Shown: positions 1-8,958, counted from the first letter of the stretch. The stretch is DNA of 35,463 nt from a candidate division WOR-3 bacterium (GCA_016935295.1 JAFGRF010000326.1:1-35463), one strand, 5' to 3'. Program-made: numbers and translations. Notes: a model not told the origin generated them from the letters alone.

Positions 1-60
1 CTAGTGCGAGTCGGTATGACCCGATCCTCGACTCTGTTCCGCCCGGTCAGCCGACAACCC

Positions 61-88
61 TTGACAAGTCAGGGGTAGTAGGTATATT
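61..88 (+). promoter_or_regulatory. sigma70-type promoter candidate upstream of the first ompA-family gene
   Basis: TTGACA (61-66), 16-nt spacer, TATATT (83-88). This would leave a ~170-nt leader before the start at 265. Confidence 0.45.
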
Positions 89-264
89 GAGCCTCAGCAG
101 GCCATGTTGAGATTGCATCAAAACGTCCTAGTCCGGGGTAGACCGAACCCGAGCGGTGAAGCGAGGAACGCAGTCCTCTGCGGCCGCCCGAGTCCGCTAC
201 CACATGGCTACACCGGTGTTCCCCTAAGCACGCACAGCGGCTCTCACGAGCCACAGGAGGAAAG

Positions 265-2238
265 TTGAGAGTTAGAGTATTCGCACTGGCCCTGCTGGCG
301 GCAGCGTTCCCCGCGCTCGTATTCGCGTATACGGGTCTCGGGGGCGGCAAGGGCCTCTTCCGGGTCCAGAACGCCATGGTTGAGGAAGAAGCGGGGCTGA
401 CCGTCTCGCTCCACGGCCTCGCCCGCAACGCCTACTTCGACACGACCGCCAGTCAGGGTTGGATTGCCGACCTCATCGCGCCCGAGCTTAGCTATGCGCC
501 GGTTGTCACCAAGTACGTCGGCCTCGAGCTTTTCGGGTCCTGGGGCGGCCAGTTCCAGACTCCGAAGGCCGCACCGCCAGACAGTGGATTCGTCTGGGGC
601 CTTCACGACCTGAAGGCCGGCGGCAAGCTCTCGACACCCGTCATCCCCGTGCTGAAAGTCGGTGCCGCTGTCAGCTACACCTTCAAGTGGCGGGACAGCC
701 AGACAGAGGCAGGCTGGACCGTTCTTGACCCTCAGGCCCTGCCCTACAACACCGCCAACGGGCTGGCGTGGAGCGCGCTCGCTACCATCCAGTTGCAGGA
801 TGTCCTGCCGACCGCTCCCAACCTGATCTTCAACTACGGCAAGGTCGGCGACCTGACGCAGTACGCAGCCGCGGTAGAGCTGCAGGGCAAGGTATTCGGT
901 GTGTTTGTAGAGGGAGTCTCACTGCAGCCGGCAGGAGCCGGCGTCTTCAACAACACGACCCCCCGTGGTCATTTGTGTGTGACCCCCGGCGTTGTGCTTG
1001 GCGACCCCACCTCGGGATTCCTCAAGCTCGGGTACACGATCAGCTCGGGCAACGACGTGAACGGCACCAAGTACCCCGACCAGATCAACCTGGGGCTCGC
1101 CATTGCCACTCCGTTCGGCGCGCACAAGCCCGCCGCCTACGGCACGCTCGTCGGCACCGTGGCCAACGCAAGCACGGGCACGCCGGTGGCAGGAGCAGCA
1201 ATCGCATTCCCTGACAATCCGAGGATGGCAGCCATGACCACCGAGGCGGACGGCATCTTCAAGACCGACAAGGCGCCGGCCGGTGCCGTCACGGTCGAAG
1301 TCAGCGCCGAGGGCTACAACAGACAGGTGGTGCCGGTGGCCGTCGAGGAAGACAAGATCGTCAACTACGAGTTCAAGCTGCGGCCGTTGAAGACCTACGG
1401 GACGATTGCCGGCACGGTCGTTGACGCCGTTACCAGCGTTCCCATGGCCGCGCTCATCGAATTCCCCGGCACGTCGTTGGACCCGGTGAACGCCGACCCC
1501 ACGACCGGTGCTTTCAGAGTCAGCAACGTCGAGACCGGTATCTACACGATCACCGCGGCCGCCGACAAGTACGTTCCCGCGACCCTCACCCTCGCAGTCG
1601 AGGACAACAAGCTGACCACCGCGACGTTCAAACTGTCGCCGGCCGAGGTCGCGGTCACCGCTACCGGCCGGGTCTTCGACAAGAAGACCGATGCGTCGCT
1701 GTCGGCCACGGTCACGTTCGACAACGCTGTGTTCAACACCGACCCGGCTACCGGCGTGTACAAGGCCCAGTTGATGCCCGGCTCCTACACGGTCGTGGTT
1801 GAATCGAAGGATTACGTGAAGCAGACCACGGCGCTCATCGTCGAGAAGGGCAAGCCGTTCGTGCGTGACTTCGCAATGCTCAAGGTGGGCATGTCGATCA
1901 CACTCCAGGGCATCTACTTCGACTTCGACCAGGCGACCATCAAGCCCGAGTCGAAGCCGGCGCTCGATGCCGCTGCCAGGATGCTCAACGAGAACCCGAC
2001 CATCAACGTCGAAATCCAGGGCCACACCGACAGCAAGGGCTCGGATTCGTACAACCTGTCGCTGTCCGACCGGCGCGCCGCCGCAGTCGTGACTTACCTC
2101 GTGCAGATACTCGGCATCGACATGTCACGCCTGACCTCCCGTGGTTACGGCGAGGGCATGCCGATTGCCACGAACGACACCGACGCCGGGCGCGCCTTGA
2201 ACCGCCGGGTTGAGTTCGTCATCACCGGTCAGAATTAA
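265..2238 (+). CDS. OmpA-family outer-membrane protein with CarboxypepD_reg-like Ig-fold repeats and a C-terminal OmpA peptidoglycan-binding domain
   Basis: TTG start just after AGGAGG. Signal peptide MRVRVFALALLAAAFPALVFA. Three repeats of the type GTxxGTVxD...G.Y.v.v.a.gY. C-terminus has NVEIQGHTDSKGSDSYNLSLSDRRA...GRALNRRVEFVI. Confidence 0.9.
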   Translation: MRVRVFALALLAAAFPALVFAYTGLGGGKGLFRVQNAMVEEEAGLTVSLHGLARNAYFDTTASQGWIADLIAPELSYAPVVTKYVGLELFGSWGGQFQTPKAAPPDSGFVWGLHDLKAGGKLSTPVIPVLKVGAAVSYTFKWRDSQTEAGWTVLDPQALPYNTANGLAWSALATIQLQDVLPTAPNLIFNYGKVGDLTQYAAAVELQGKVFGVFVEGVSLQPAGAGVFNNTTPRGHLCVTPGVVLGDPTSGFLKLGYTISSGNDVNGTKYPDQINLGLAIATPFGAHKPAAYGTLVGTVANASTGTPVAGAAIAFPDNPRMAAMTTEADGIFKTDKAPAGAVTVEVSAEGYNRQVVPVAVEEDKIVNYEFKLRPLKTYGTIAGTVVDAVTSVPMAALIEFPGTSLDPVNADPTTGAFRVSNVETGIYTITAAADKYVPATLTLAVEDNKLTTATFKLSPAEVAVTATGRVFDKKTDASLSATVTFDNAVFNTDPATGVYKAQLMPGSYTVVVESKDYVKQTTALIVEKGKPFVRDFAMLKVGMSITLQGIYFDFDQATIKPESKPALDAAARMLNENPTINVEIQGHTDSKGSDSYNLSLSDRRAAAVVTYLVQILGIDMSRLTSRGYGEGMPIATNDTDAGRALNRRVEFVITGQN

Positions 2239-2274
2239 AGACCCGGGCAGATAGCGCCCGACCGGTAATAATGC

Positions 2275-2300
2275 AGAGGGGAGGCTCCGGCCTCCCCTCT
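2275..2300 (+). terminator. intrinsic terminator hairpin
   Basis: AGAGGGGAGG-ctccgg-CCTCCCCTCT followed by a T/C-rich tail. A near-identical hairpin follows the paralog at 22808-22831. Confidence 0.7.
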
Positions 2301-2391
2301 TCCTGTCCTTGGTACGCGCTGGTCCGAACCACGCCCGCTCGGCGACGTTCGGGCCACGCATGTTAGAGGCCGGCGTCATTCCCGACGAGGT

Positions 2392-2420
2392 TTGACTTCG
2401 CCGGCACTGATGGCTAAATT
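2392..2420 (+). promoter_or_regulatory. sigma70-type promoter candidate for the kai operon
   Basis: TTGACT (2392-2397), 17-nt spacer, TAAATT (2415-2420). Confidence 0.5.
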
Positions 2421-2435
2421 ACTGGTGAGACACAT

Positions 2436-2615
2436 ATGCTGAAGACGCTGTCCAAGGGACTATTGCTCGTCCTTGTTGTCTGCTGTGGCTGCGGCTGGTT
2501 GGTGAAGCCGGCCGAGTTTCTGCACACAGAATACCTCGCAGCCGGAACTGCGAGTCCAGGTTCCGTCTTGTTGGGAGGAAATCGACATGACCAAACCGAA
2601 AAGACCCCTACGTAA
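2436..2615 (+). CDS. possible 59-aa upstream ORF with a lipoprotein-like signal (below the ORF-track size cutoff)
   Basis: ATG 2436, TAA 2613-2615. Translation MLKTLSKGLLLVLVVCCGCGWLVKP... It overlaps the kaiC start in another frame. No clear SD. Confidence 0.15.
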   Translation: MLKTLSKGLLLVLVVCCGCGWLVKPAEFLHTEYLAAGTASPGSVLLGGNRHDQTEKTPT

Positions 2616-4359
2616 AGCTCCGGAGGTCCGGCCGGCCAGGGCCGCGGGGCTGAAGCCCCTTGCGAAGTGCCCGACCGGAATTCGCGGGCTGGATGACGTT
2701 ACTGAAGGCGGATTGCCGCGCGGCCGGTCGACCCTGGTCTGCGGCGCCGCCGGCTGCGGCAAGACGTTGATGGCAATGGAGTTCGTGGTCCGGGGCGCGC
2801 GGGACTTCGGCGAACCCGGCGTGTTCATGGCTTTCGAGGAAACCGTGGCCGAACTCACCAGCAATGTCGCCAGCCTCGGGTTCGACCTGCCGTCGCTCAT
2901 CCGGCGCAAGAAGCTGGCGGTGGACTATGTCCGCATCGAGCGCAGCGAAATCGAGGAAACCGGTGAGTACGACCTCGAAGGGCTGTTCGTCCGCCTGGGT
3001 ACGATGATTGACGAAGTGCACGCAAAGCGCGTCGTGCTCGATACCATCGAGTCGCTCTTTGCCAGCCTGCCCAACGAGGGCATCCTGCGCGCCGAACTGC
3101 GCCGGCTGTTCCGCTGGCTGAAAGACCGGGGCGTTACCGCGGTGATTACTGCCGAGCAGGGCAAGGAAGGCGAACTCACACGCTACGGCCTTGAGGAATA
3201 CGTCAGCGACTGCGTGATTGTCCTCGACCACCGCCTGACCAACCAGGTCGCCACGCGCCGGCTCCGGGTTGTCAAGTACCGCGGGAGCAAACACGGCACG
3301 AACGAGTACCCGACGATGATTGACGAGCACGGGCTGAACGTCCTGCCCATCACTTCGCTCGGCCTGAGCCACGATGTTTCGACCCGGCGCGTCTCCACCG
3401 GCATTGCGCGCCTGGATACGATGATGACCGGGAAAGGCTACTGGGAGGGCAGCAGCATCCTGGTCAGTGGCACCGCCGGCGCGGGTAAGACCAGCATCGC
3501 CACGGCACTTCTGGACAGCGTCTGCCGGCATGGCGGCCGGTGCCTCTTCTTCTCGTTCGAGGAGTCGCCGGACCAGATTGCGCGCAACATGGCATCCATC
3601 GGGTTCGACCTCAACCGGCACGTGCGCAGCGGGTGTCTGCAGTTTCACACGGTCCGGCCGACGCTCTACGGACTGGAGAACCACCTGGTCACTCTCCACG
3701 ACCTCGTTGACCGGTGGCATCCCCGGGCGGTGGTCATGGACCCGATAACCGGCCTGACCAGCATCGGCGAGCCGGGTGAGGTCAAGTCGATGCTGATGCG
3801 GGTAGTTGACTACCTCAAGAGCCGAAACATCACCACGCTGTTCACCAGCCTGACCGAAGGCGGCGCCGCCCTCGAGAAGACCGACATCAGCATCTCCTCG
3901 CTGATGGACACCTGGCTCCTGCTGCGCATGGTCGAATCCGCCGGCGAGCGCAACCGGATACTGTATGTCCTCAAGAGCCGGGGCATGGCGCACTCCAACC
4001 AGATACGTGAGTTCGTGCTCACCGACCACGGCATCAAACTCACGGACGTGTATGTCGGCCGAGGTGAGGTCTACACCGGTTCGGCCCGCGTCGTCCAGGA
4101 GTCGCGGGACAGGGCCGACGCGATCGCCGCCGGACAGGCCTCCCACCGCCGGCAGCGGGAAATCACCCACGAACGGCTTGCACTGGAAGCCCAGATGCAG
4201 AAACTGCAGTCCCGGCTCGCCGAACTGAAACAGGAAACGACCATGGCCGCCAAACAGGAGCGGGAACGCGATGCCACCTCGCGCCATGACACCAAAGGCC
4301 TGGCCCGTATCCGGAAGGCCGACAGCGACGGAGCACAAGAAGAAGGGAACAACACATGA
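2587..4359 (+). CDS. kaiC: KaiC-family double-RecA ATPase/autokinase with extended C-terminal coiled-coil tail (KaiC2-like)
   Basis: 590 aa. Walker A GAAGCGKT and GTAGAGKT; catalytic FEE pairs (MAFEET, FSFEES). The CII segment [15 protein letters not shown] matches the region of the cyanobacterial S/T phospho-sites. About 70 extra C-terminal residues are rich in heptad-like [31 protein letters not shown] upstream. Confidence 0.9.
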   Translation: MTKPKRPLRKAPEVRPARAAGLKPLAKCPTGIRGLDDVTEGGLPRGRSTLVCGAAGCGKTLMAMEFVVRGARDFGEPGVFMAFEETVAELTSNVASLGFDLPSLIRRKKLAVDYVRIERSEIEETGEYDLEGLFVRLGTMIDEVHAKRVVLDTIESLFASLPNEGILRAELRRLFRWLKDRGVTAVITAEQGKEGELTRYGLEEYVSDCVIVLDHRLTNQVATRRLRVVKYRGSKHGTNEYPTMIDEHGLNVLPITSLGLSHDVSTRRVSTGIARLDTMMTGKGYWEGSSILVSGTAGAGKTSIATALLDSVCRHGGRCLFFSFEESPDQIARNMASIGFDLNRHVRSGCLQFHTVRPTLYGLENHLVTLHDLVDRWHPRAVVMDPITGLTSIGEPGEVKSMLMRVVDYLKSRNITTLFTSLTEGGAALEKTDISISSLMDTWLLLRMVESAGERNRILYVLKSRGMAHSNQIREFVLTDHGIKLTDVYVGRGEVYTGSARVVQESRDRADAIAAGQASHRRQREITHERLALEAQMQKLQSRLAELKQETTMAAKQERERDATSRHDTKGLARIRKADSDGAQEEGNNT

Positions 4360-4658
4360 CCAAAGCGGCATCGAGCCCCAAATCAGGGACCTGGGACCTG
4401 AAGCTCTACATCGCAGGCTATACGCCCCGGGCGGTGAAGGCCCTTGAAAACCTGAAGCAACTTTGCGAGGAACACCTGCACGGCGTGTACACTATCGAAG
4501 TAGTTGACCTGTTACGCAACCCGCGCCTGGCGCGGGGCGACCAGATCGTGGCGGTGCCCACCCTGGTCCGCAAGCTGCCGGAACCGGTCCGCAAAATCAT
4601 CGGCGACCTCTCGAACCGGGAACGGGTCCTGGTCGGTCTCGACCTGCGGCCGAGATGA
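4356..4658 (+). CDS. kaiB: KaiB
   Basis: 100 aa. ATGA start/stop overlap with kai[20 protein letters not shown]...[34 protein letters not shown] matches the KaiB family end to end. Confidence 0.92.
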   Translation: MTKAASSPKSGTWDLKLYIAGYTPRAVKALENLKQLCEEHLHGVYTIEVVDLLRNPRLARGDQIVAVPTLVRKLPEPVRKIIGDLSNRERVLVGLDLRPR

Positions 4659-4675
4659 AGACGCGCAGGCCGGGT

Positions 4676-4730
4676 GACGGAAGACGGAGGACGGAAGACG
4701 GAGGACGGAGTGCGGAGGCAGGGAGAGGAG
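4676..4730 (+). repeat. purine-rich heptamer/14-mer tandem repeat directly upstream of the activator start codon
   Basis: GACGGAAGACGGAG (4676-4689), GACGGAAGACGGAG (4690-4703), GACGGAGTGCGGAG (4704-4717), GCAGGGAGAGGAG (4718-4730), then AATG. It contains many GGA/GGAGG motifs. Confidence 0.85.
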
Positions 4731-4731
4731 A

Positions 4732-6366
4732 ATGAACGAACGCCGGACCGAGTCTCCGAGGGAGCTGCGTGCGCAGCTCGAGGACGTCCGGCACCGGCTG
4801 GCCGAGGCGGAAGAAACGCTCCGCGCTATTCGCGAAGGCGACGTGGACGCCGTGGTCGTCTCCGGAACCCGGGGCGACCAGATACTCACGCTCGACCAGG
4901 GCGAGGACGCTTACCGCCTGACGGTCGAGACGATGAATGAAGCCGGGATTGTTGTAGCCCCGGACGGGACGATACTCTTCGCCAACAAGGCCCTGGCCGG
5001 CATGCTCGGTGTCCCGCTCGAGCAGGTCGTCGGCAAGCCGTTCGCCCTGCACGTCCACGATCGGCAGGGCCTGGATAGCCTGCTCCGCGCGGCACGACAG
5101 TGTCCGACCGACGCGCGGTTGGTCCTGAACGGTACGGATGGCGAGTCGATACCGGTCTACGCCTGGGCCAGCCTGCTGGACCAACCCGACGGCGCGGCCG
5201 TCCTTCTCTTGGGCGCCGGACCTGCGCGACTCGAAGCCCCCCGCGAGATGATCAAGCACCTTCAGGCGCAGCGCCAGGCGTTGGCGGCCAGCGTGGCGGC
5301 GCTCAGGGAAGCTGAGACCAAAACCCACAGTCTCATCCAGTTCACCGCCAGTAAAGCACTGACCTCTGATCGGCTGCATCAACAGGTGGGACGGCTTCGC
5401 CAGGAGCTGGAAGGGCAATTCCGAATGGTCGGCGACTCGCCGGAACTGCAGCGCGTGCAGAGCCTGATAGCCCGCGTCGCGCCGACTGCCGCCAGTGTCC
5501 TCGTCACCGGCGAGAGCGGAGTGGGCAAGGAACTCGTGGCCCGGGCCGTTCACTTGCGGAGCCCGCGCGCCGGCGAACCATTCGTCGCACTCAACTGCGC
5601 CGCGATTCCCCAGGAACTAATAGAAAGCGAGCTATTCGGCCACGAGAAAGGCGCGTTCACCAACGCGGGGGCGGCCCGTGCCGGCAAGATACAGGAAGCT
5701 GACGGCGGCACGCTCTTCCTCGACGAAATCGGCGACTTGAGCCTGCCGGCGCAGGCGAAGCTGCTGCGGTTCCTGAACGACTCGGAGGTGCAGCGTGTCG
5801 GCGGCAGCGGCGTCATCCATCTCGACGTGAGAATAGTCGCCGCGACCAACAAAGACCTGCCGGAAATCATCAAGCACGGCGTTTTCCGTGACGACTTCTA
5901 CCACCGTTTGAACGTAGTGACTATCGAGGTCCCGCCGTTGCGAGAACGGATGTCGGACATCGAACTGCTCGCCACCTTCTTCCTTGACCGTTACTGCGCG
6001 GACTATGGCCGGATTGTTCGATTCGCGCCCGAGAGCTGGCACGCGTTGAAGGAGTACGCCTGGCCCGGCAATGTCCGCGAGCTGCGGAACCTCGTCGAGC
6101 GCGTTGTCATCCTGGCCGAAACGAACCCGGTCGAGGCCGAGGAGTTGCGTTCGTTTCTCGGCGCCGAGGCCAAGGTCCCGACGGACGGAACTCTTAAGGA
6201 GGCCCTTGAACGCGCCGAGCGCGAGGCCGTCGAGAGAGTCCTGGTGCAGACCAACCACAACGTTGCCGAGGCGGCCGCCATACTGGGCATTGTCCGTCCC
6301 AGCCTTTACCGGATCATTAAGCGGTACGGAATCGCTTCTCCAAGCCGGGCCCAGACCAAAGACTAG
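4732..6366 (+). CDS. PAS-domain sigma54-dependent transcriptional activator (bEBP) without a receiver domain
   Basis: N-terminal coiled coil plus PAS (GDVDAVVVSG...YRLTVETMNEAGIVVAPDGTILFANKA). AAA+ domain with Walker A GESGVGKE, Walker B LFLDEIG and ESELFGHEKGAFTNA. C-terminal Fis-type HTH NVAEAAAILGIVRPSLYRIIKRYGI. Confidence 0.92.
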   Translation: MNERRTESPRELRAQLEDVRHRLAEAEETLRAIREGDVDAVVVSGTRGDQILTLDQGEDAYRLTVETMNEAGIVVAPDGTILFANKALAGMLGVPLEQVVGKPFALHVHDRQGLDSLLRAARQCPTDARLVLNGTDGESIPVYAWASLLDQPDGAAVLLLGAGPARLEAPREMIKHLQAQRQALAASVAALREAETKTHSLIQFTASKALTSDRLHQQVGRLRQELEGQFRMVGDSPELQRVQSLIARVAPTAASVLVTGESGVGKELVARAVHLRSPRAGEPFVALNCAAIPQELIESELFGHEKGAFTNAGAARAGKIQEADGGTLFLDEIGDLSLPAQAKLLRFLNDSEVQRVGGSGVIHLDVRIVAATNKDLPEIIKHGVFRDDFYHRLNVVTIEVPPLRERMSDIELLATFFLDRYCADYGRIVRFAPESWHALKEYAWPGNVRELRNLVERVVILAETNPVEAEELRSFLGAEAKVPTDGTLKEALERAEREAVERVLVQTNHNVAEAAAILGIVRPSLYRIIKRYGIASPSRAQTKD

Positions 6367-6389
6367 TCCTCCTCACACCTGCACCGCCC

Positions 6390-6428
6390 TGTCTCCCGCG
6401 AGAGACGCCGAGTCTCCCAAAGGAGACA
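6390..6428 (+). promoter_or_regulatory. paired 18-bp palindromes, putative enhancer (UAS) for the bEBP
   Basis: TGTCTCCCGCGAGAGACG (6390-6407) and AGTCTCCCAAAGGAGACA (6411-6428), 21 bp centre to centre. The pair starts 24 bp after the activator stop codon. Confidence 0.6.
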
Positions 6429-6557
6429 ATACGATCCAGTGTGACATTCCCCTCAAGCAGAAACGCAGCACGGCATCCAACCGGCTGCAGGCATACCTGA
6501 CCGAGCAGCGCTCCCGGCACAGCGTGAAAACGCGGACGGCCGCTCCAACTACCCTTA

Positions 6558-6573
6558 TGGCATGATTGGTGCA
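6558..6573 (+). promoter_or_regulatory. sigma54 (-24/-12) promoter
   Basis: TGGCAT-GATTG-GTGCA with correct GG-N10-GC spacing. It lies ~90 nt upstream of the radical SAM start. Confidence 0.65.
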
Positions 6574-6665
6574 GGGTCACATGAGGAATCCGAGATGGCC
6601 GGGCATTCCAATGGCCATGCTGTTGCTGGCCGGAAGCGCGGCGTCTCTAAGGGAGTACGACTGAA

Positions 6666-8525
6666 GTGAAAGACCTGTTGTCCGGGGTCACCCGTGCCTT
6701 GCTTGTCCAGCCGCGGTTCTCCATACGGAGCTTCTGGAACTACGCCGAAACGTGCCGGCTGACCGGCGCCAGGTACTCATCCCCACCGCTGGGGCTGATG
6801 ACCGTCGCCTCGCTGCTTCCTCAGCGCTGGCAGTTGAGGCTCGTCGACGAGAACGTCAGACCCCTTGCCCGCACCGACCTGGATTGGGCGGACATCGTGC
6901 TCACCGGGGGCATGCTGCCCCAGCAGGCGGCCACGCTCGCGGTCATGGAGAGGGCGCACGCAGCAGGCAAGCCGGTCGTGCTGGGCGGGCCCGACCCTTC
7001 CCAGCAGCCGGGCATCTACCGGGACGCCGACTTCCTGGTTGCCGGTGAGGGGGAAATCACCATACCATCGTTCCTCGCCGACCTTGACCGGCACGCCAAG
7101 TCGGGCAGCTACCGCTCTTCCGAACGGGCGGACATGAGCCGGGCCGTGGTGCCACGGTTCGACCTCGTGAACTTCCGGGACTATCTGGAGGTGAACGTCC
7201 AGTTCTCGCGCGGGTGTCCTTTCAACTGCGAGTTCTGCGACGTCATCGAGCTGTTCGGCCGCCGCCCCCGAACCAAGGAAACCGGGCAGGTTCTCACCGA
7301 ACTCCAGCGACTGTACGACCTTGGGTACCGCGGTCACGTGAACTTCGTCGACGACAATCTCATCGGCAACAAGTCGAGAACACGGGACCTGCTCGCCGCG
7401 GTTGCCGAGTGGAACCGTTGGCACAAGTACCCTTTCTTCTTCAGCACCGAGGCGTCAATCAACCTCGCTCGGGACCCGGAGTTGCTGAACCTGATGCGGG
7501 ATTGCGACTTCCGATACGTGTTCGTAGGCATCGAAAGCCCGGACCAACGGGCACTGGACCGGGCCGGGAAAGTCCAGAATCTGAACGTCTCGGCCCCGGA
7601 CGCCGTCAGGACCATTGCTTCCTACGGCATCATGGTCCACGGCGGTTTCATCCTGGGGATGGACGGCGAGCCGCCCGACGTCGCGCGCAATCTCATTGAG
7701 TTGATCGACGATGCCGGCATCTGCATGGCCATGGTCGGCACGCTCTACGCTCTTCCGAACACTCAACTCGAGCGACGACTGCAGCGGGAAGGCCGGCTCT
7801 TCCGCCGAACGGCAGTCGACCAGGCTGGAGCCATAGATCAGATTACCAGCGGCCTGAACTTCGTCACCGAGAGGCCGCGCGCCGACGTGCTCGGCGACCA
7901 GGCAGACGTGCTGCGCCACATCTACGACCCGGCCCGGTTCTACAAGACGCTCACTAAGGTAGCAACCCGCCTGAAGCCGGCGTACAAGCACCGTGTCGGG
8001 CTCCGCGAGGCGCTGCGGCTGGCCCTGGGATTTGCCAGGCTCTCGGCCAAGGCCGGGTTCAGCCGGCAGACCGGCCTGCTCTACTGGAGGGCATTGCTGC
8101 GGGTGCTCGCAAAGAACCCGGCCGCGATTGATGTCGTCGCCAACATGGCGGCGATTTACCTCCACTTCGCCAGACAATCACGGCACGTAGTCGGTGCGCT
8201 CGACGCAGCGGCGGAGCACGTTCGAGCGTTCGGGGAGAAACGCCACAACGCGCTGATGACCGCAGGCATGCCCCCGGTCGAAGCCGGTACGAGCGCCACC
8301 GACGAGCCCGATTTCCGCCGCGCTCGACCGCCGGGACGAGTTCGTCATCCTCGGCCAGTTGTTGCAGCAACCTCGCCATTCGACCCGATGTCGTCAACTG
8401 CCGGACGTACACTGGCCTCCACGTCCGGCAGTAGTGCGACCCCGCCAGTCTATGCCGGCGGTATCCTCGTACGCAGTATTGAGCCAGAAGGAGACATGTA
8501 TGTTGAATCCTTCAGGTCGTTATGA
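6666..8525 (+). CDS. B12-binding radical SAM protein (DUF4070-type); the C-terminal ~100 codons read into an ompA-like remnant
   Basis: GTG start after AAGGGAG. N-terminal cobalamin-binding-like region (PPLGLMTVASLLP...IVLTGGM). CPFNCEFCDV CxxxCxxC cluster (7215-7238). The tail from ~8200 is homologous to the ompA 3-prime end. Confidence 0.8.
   Translation: MKDLLSGVTRALLVQPRFSIRSFWNYAETCRLTGARYSSPPLGLMTVASLLPQRWQLRLVDENVRPLARTDLDWADIVLTGGMLPQQAATLAVMERAHAAGKPVVLGGPDPSQQPGIYRDADFLVAGEGEITIPSFLADLDRHAKSGSYRSSERADMSRAVVPRFDLVNFRDYLEVNVQFSRGCPFNCEFCDVIELFGRRPRTKETGQVLTELQRLYDLGYRGHVNFVDDNLIGNKSRTRDLLAAVAEWNRWHKYPFFFSTEASINLARDPELLNLMRDCDFRYVFVGIESPDQRALDRAGKVQNLNVSAPDAVRTIASYGIMVHGGFILGMDGEPPDVARNLIELIDDAGICMAMVGTLYALPNTQLERRLQREGRLFRRTAVDQAGAIDQITSGLNFVTERPRADVLGDQADVLRHIYDPARFYKTLTKVATRLKPAYKHRVGLREALRLALGFARLSAKAGFSRQTGLLYWRALLRVLAKNPAAIDVVANMAAIYLHFARQSRHVVGALDAAAEHVRAFGEKRHNALMTAGMPPVEAGTSATDEPDFRRARPPGRVRHPRPVVAATSPFDPMSSTAGRTLASTSGSSATPPVYAGGILVRSIEPEGDMYVESFRSL
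8200..8358 (+). pseudogene. remnant of the 3-prime end of an ompA-family gene, embedded in the radical SAM ORF tail
   Basis: The DNA ...gccaccgacgagcccgatttccgccgcgctcgaccgccgggacgagttcgtcatcctcggccag aligns to ...gccaccaacgagaccgattccggccgcgcgctcaaccgccgggttgagttcgtcatcctcggacag (22715-22780) with an indel. It encodes LDRRDEFVILGQ in a shifted frame. Confidence 0.6.
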
Positions 8526-8778
8526 CAGCAACGGCCGCGCCGGAGGTGGCAGATACGGTCGCTCCTCAGAGGAGGCCCGCACGCCGGTCCAGACGGATAG
8601 GGCCAGCGAATCAGGCCCGCCGGCGAACGGCGCTACTGGCTGGTCCCAATCGGCCCTGACGCACTGGAATGCGATGCAGAGAGGACGGGATCGCGAAGCC
8701 CGCACTTGGGGTGACGGAGCGGACAGCATACGAGATGGCCAGAAGAGCAGAGAAGCGAACGCTGAAGGGGACCCTTGA
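8500..8778 (+). CDS. hypothetical R/G-rich small protein (uncertain)
   Basis: ATG 8500 lies 5 nt after AAGGAG. Translation MLNPSGRYDSNGRAGGGRYGRSSEE... is low complexity. It could instead be a non-coding scar between remnants. Confidence 0.2.
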   Translation: MLNPSGRYDSNGRAGGGRYGRSSEEARTPVQTDRASESGPPANGATGWSQSALTHWNAMQRGRDREARTWGDGADSIRDGQKSREANAEGDP

Positions 8779-8950
8779 ACGCGCTGAGCGCGAGGCGGTA
8801 GAACGAGCAATGACGCAGGCGCAGAACAACGTTGCCGAGGCGGCCGCTATGCTGGGTATCGCGTGTCCCAGCCTCTACCGGATCACAGAGCGCCACGGGA
8901 TCGGCTCTCCGTCTCACACTCAGAACAAGGGCAACTCTCCACCGCAGTGA
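8762..8950 (+). pseudogene. orphan copy of the bEBP C-terminal Fis-type HTH (3-prime gene fragment)
   Basis: GTLERAEREAVERAMTQAQNNVAEAAAMLGIACPSLYRITERHGIGSP compares with GTLKEALERAEREAVERVLVQTNHNVAEAAAILGIVRPSLYRIIKRYGIASP at the end of 4732-6366. DNA similarity is obvious. No AAA+ domain lies upstream. Confidence 0.7.
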
Positions 8951-8958
8951 TCGCGACT

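Noticed and set aside
89-264. The ~170-nt leader of the first ompA paralog as a known ncRNA (SRP RNA, 6S or riboswitch).
   Set aside because: I recognised no conserved motif, such as the SRP GGAAGCAGC loop. The second paralog has an unrelated upstream region, so there is no support beyond length.
3468-3482. TGGCAC-N5-GCGC match inside kaiC, and a similar TGGCACACCAACAGC at 19167-19181 inside the OMP gene.
   Set aside because: Both lie within well-supported coding sequence with no upstream palindrome. Chance matches are expected in GC-rich DNA.
2608-4371. 587-aa ORF antisense to kaiC. Similar long antisense or overlapping ORFs include 919-2025, 4597-5553, 5632-6258, 6777-7424, 21635-23098, 26412-27158 and 30191-30895.
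   Set aside because: These are typical shadow ORFs of GC-rich DNA. Their translations are Arg/Gly/Pro/Ala-rich with no motifs, and each is fully contained within a strongly supported gene on the other strand or frame.
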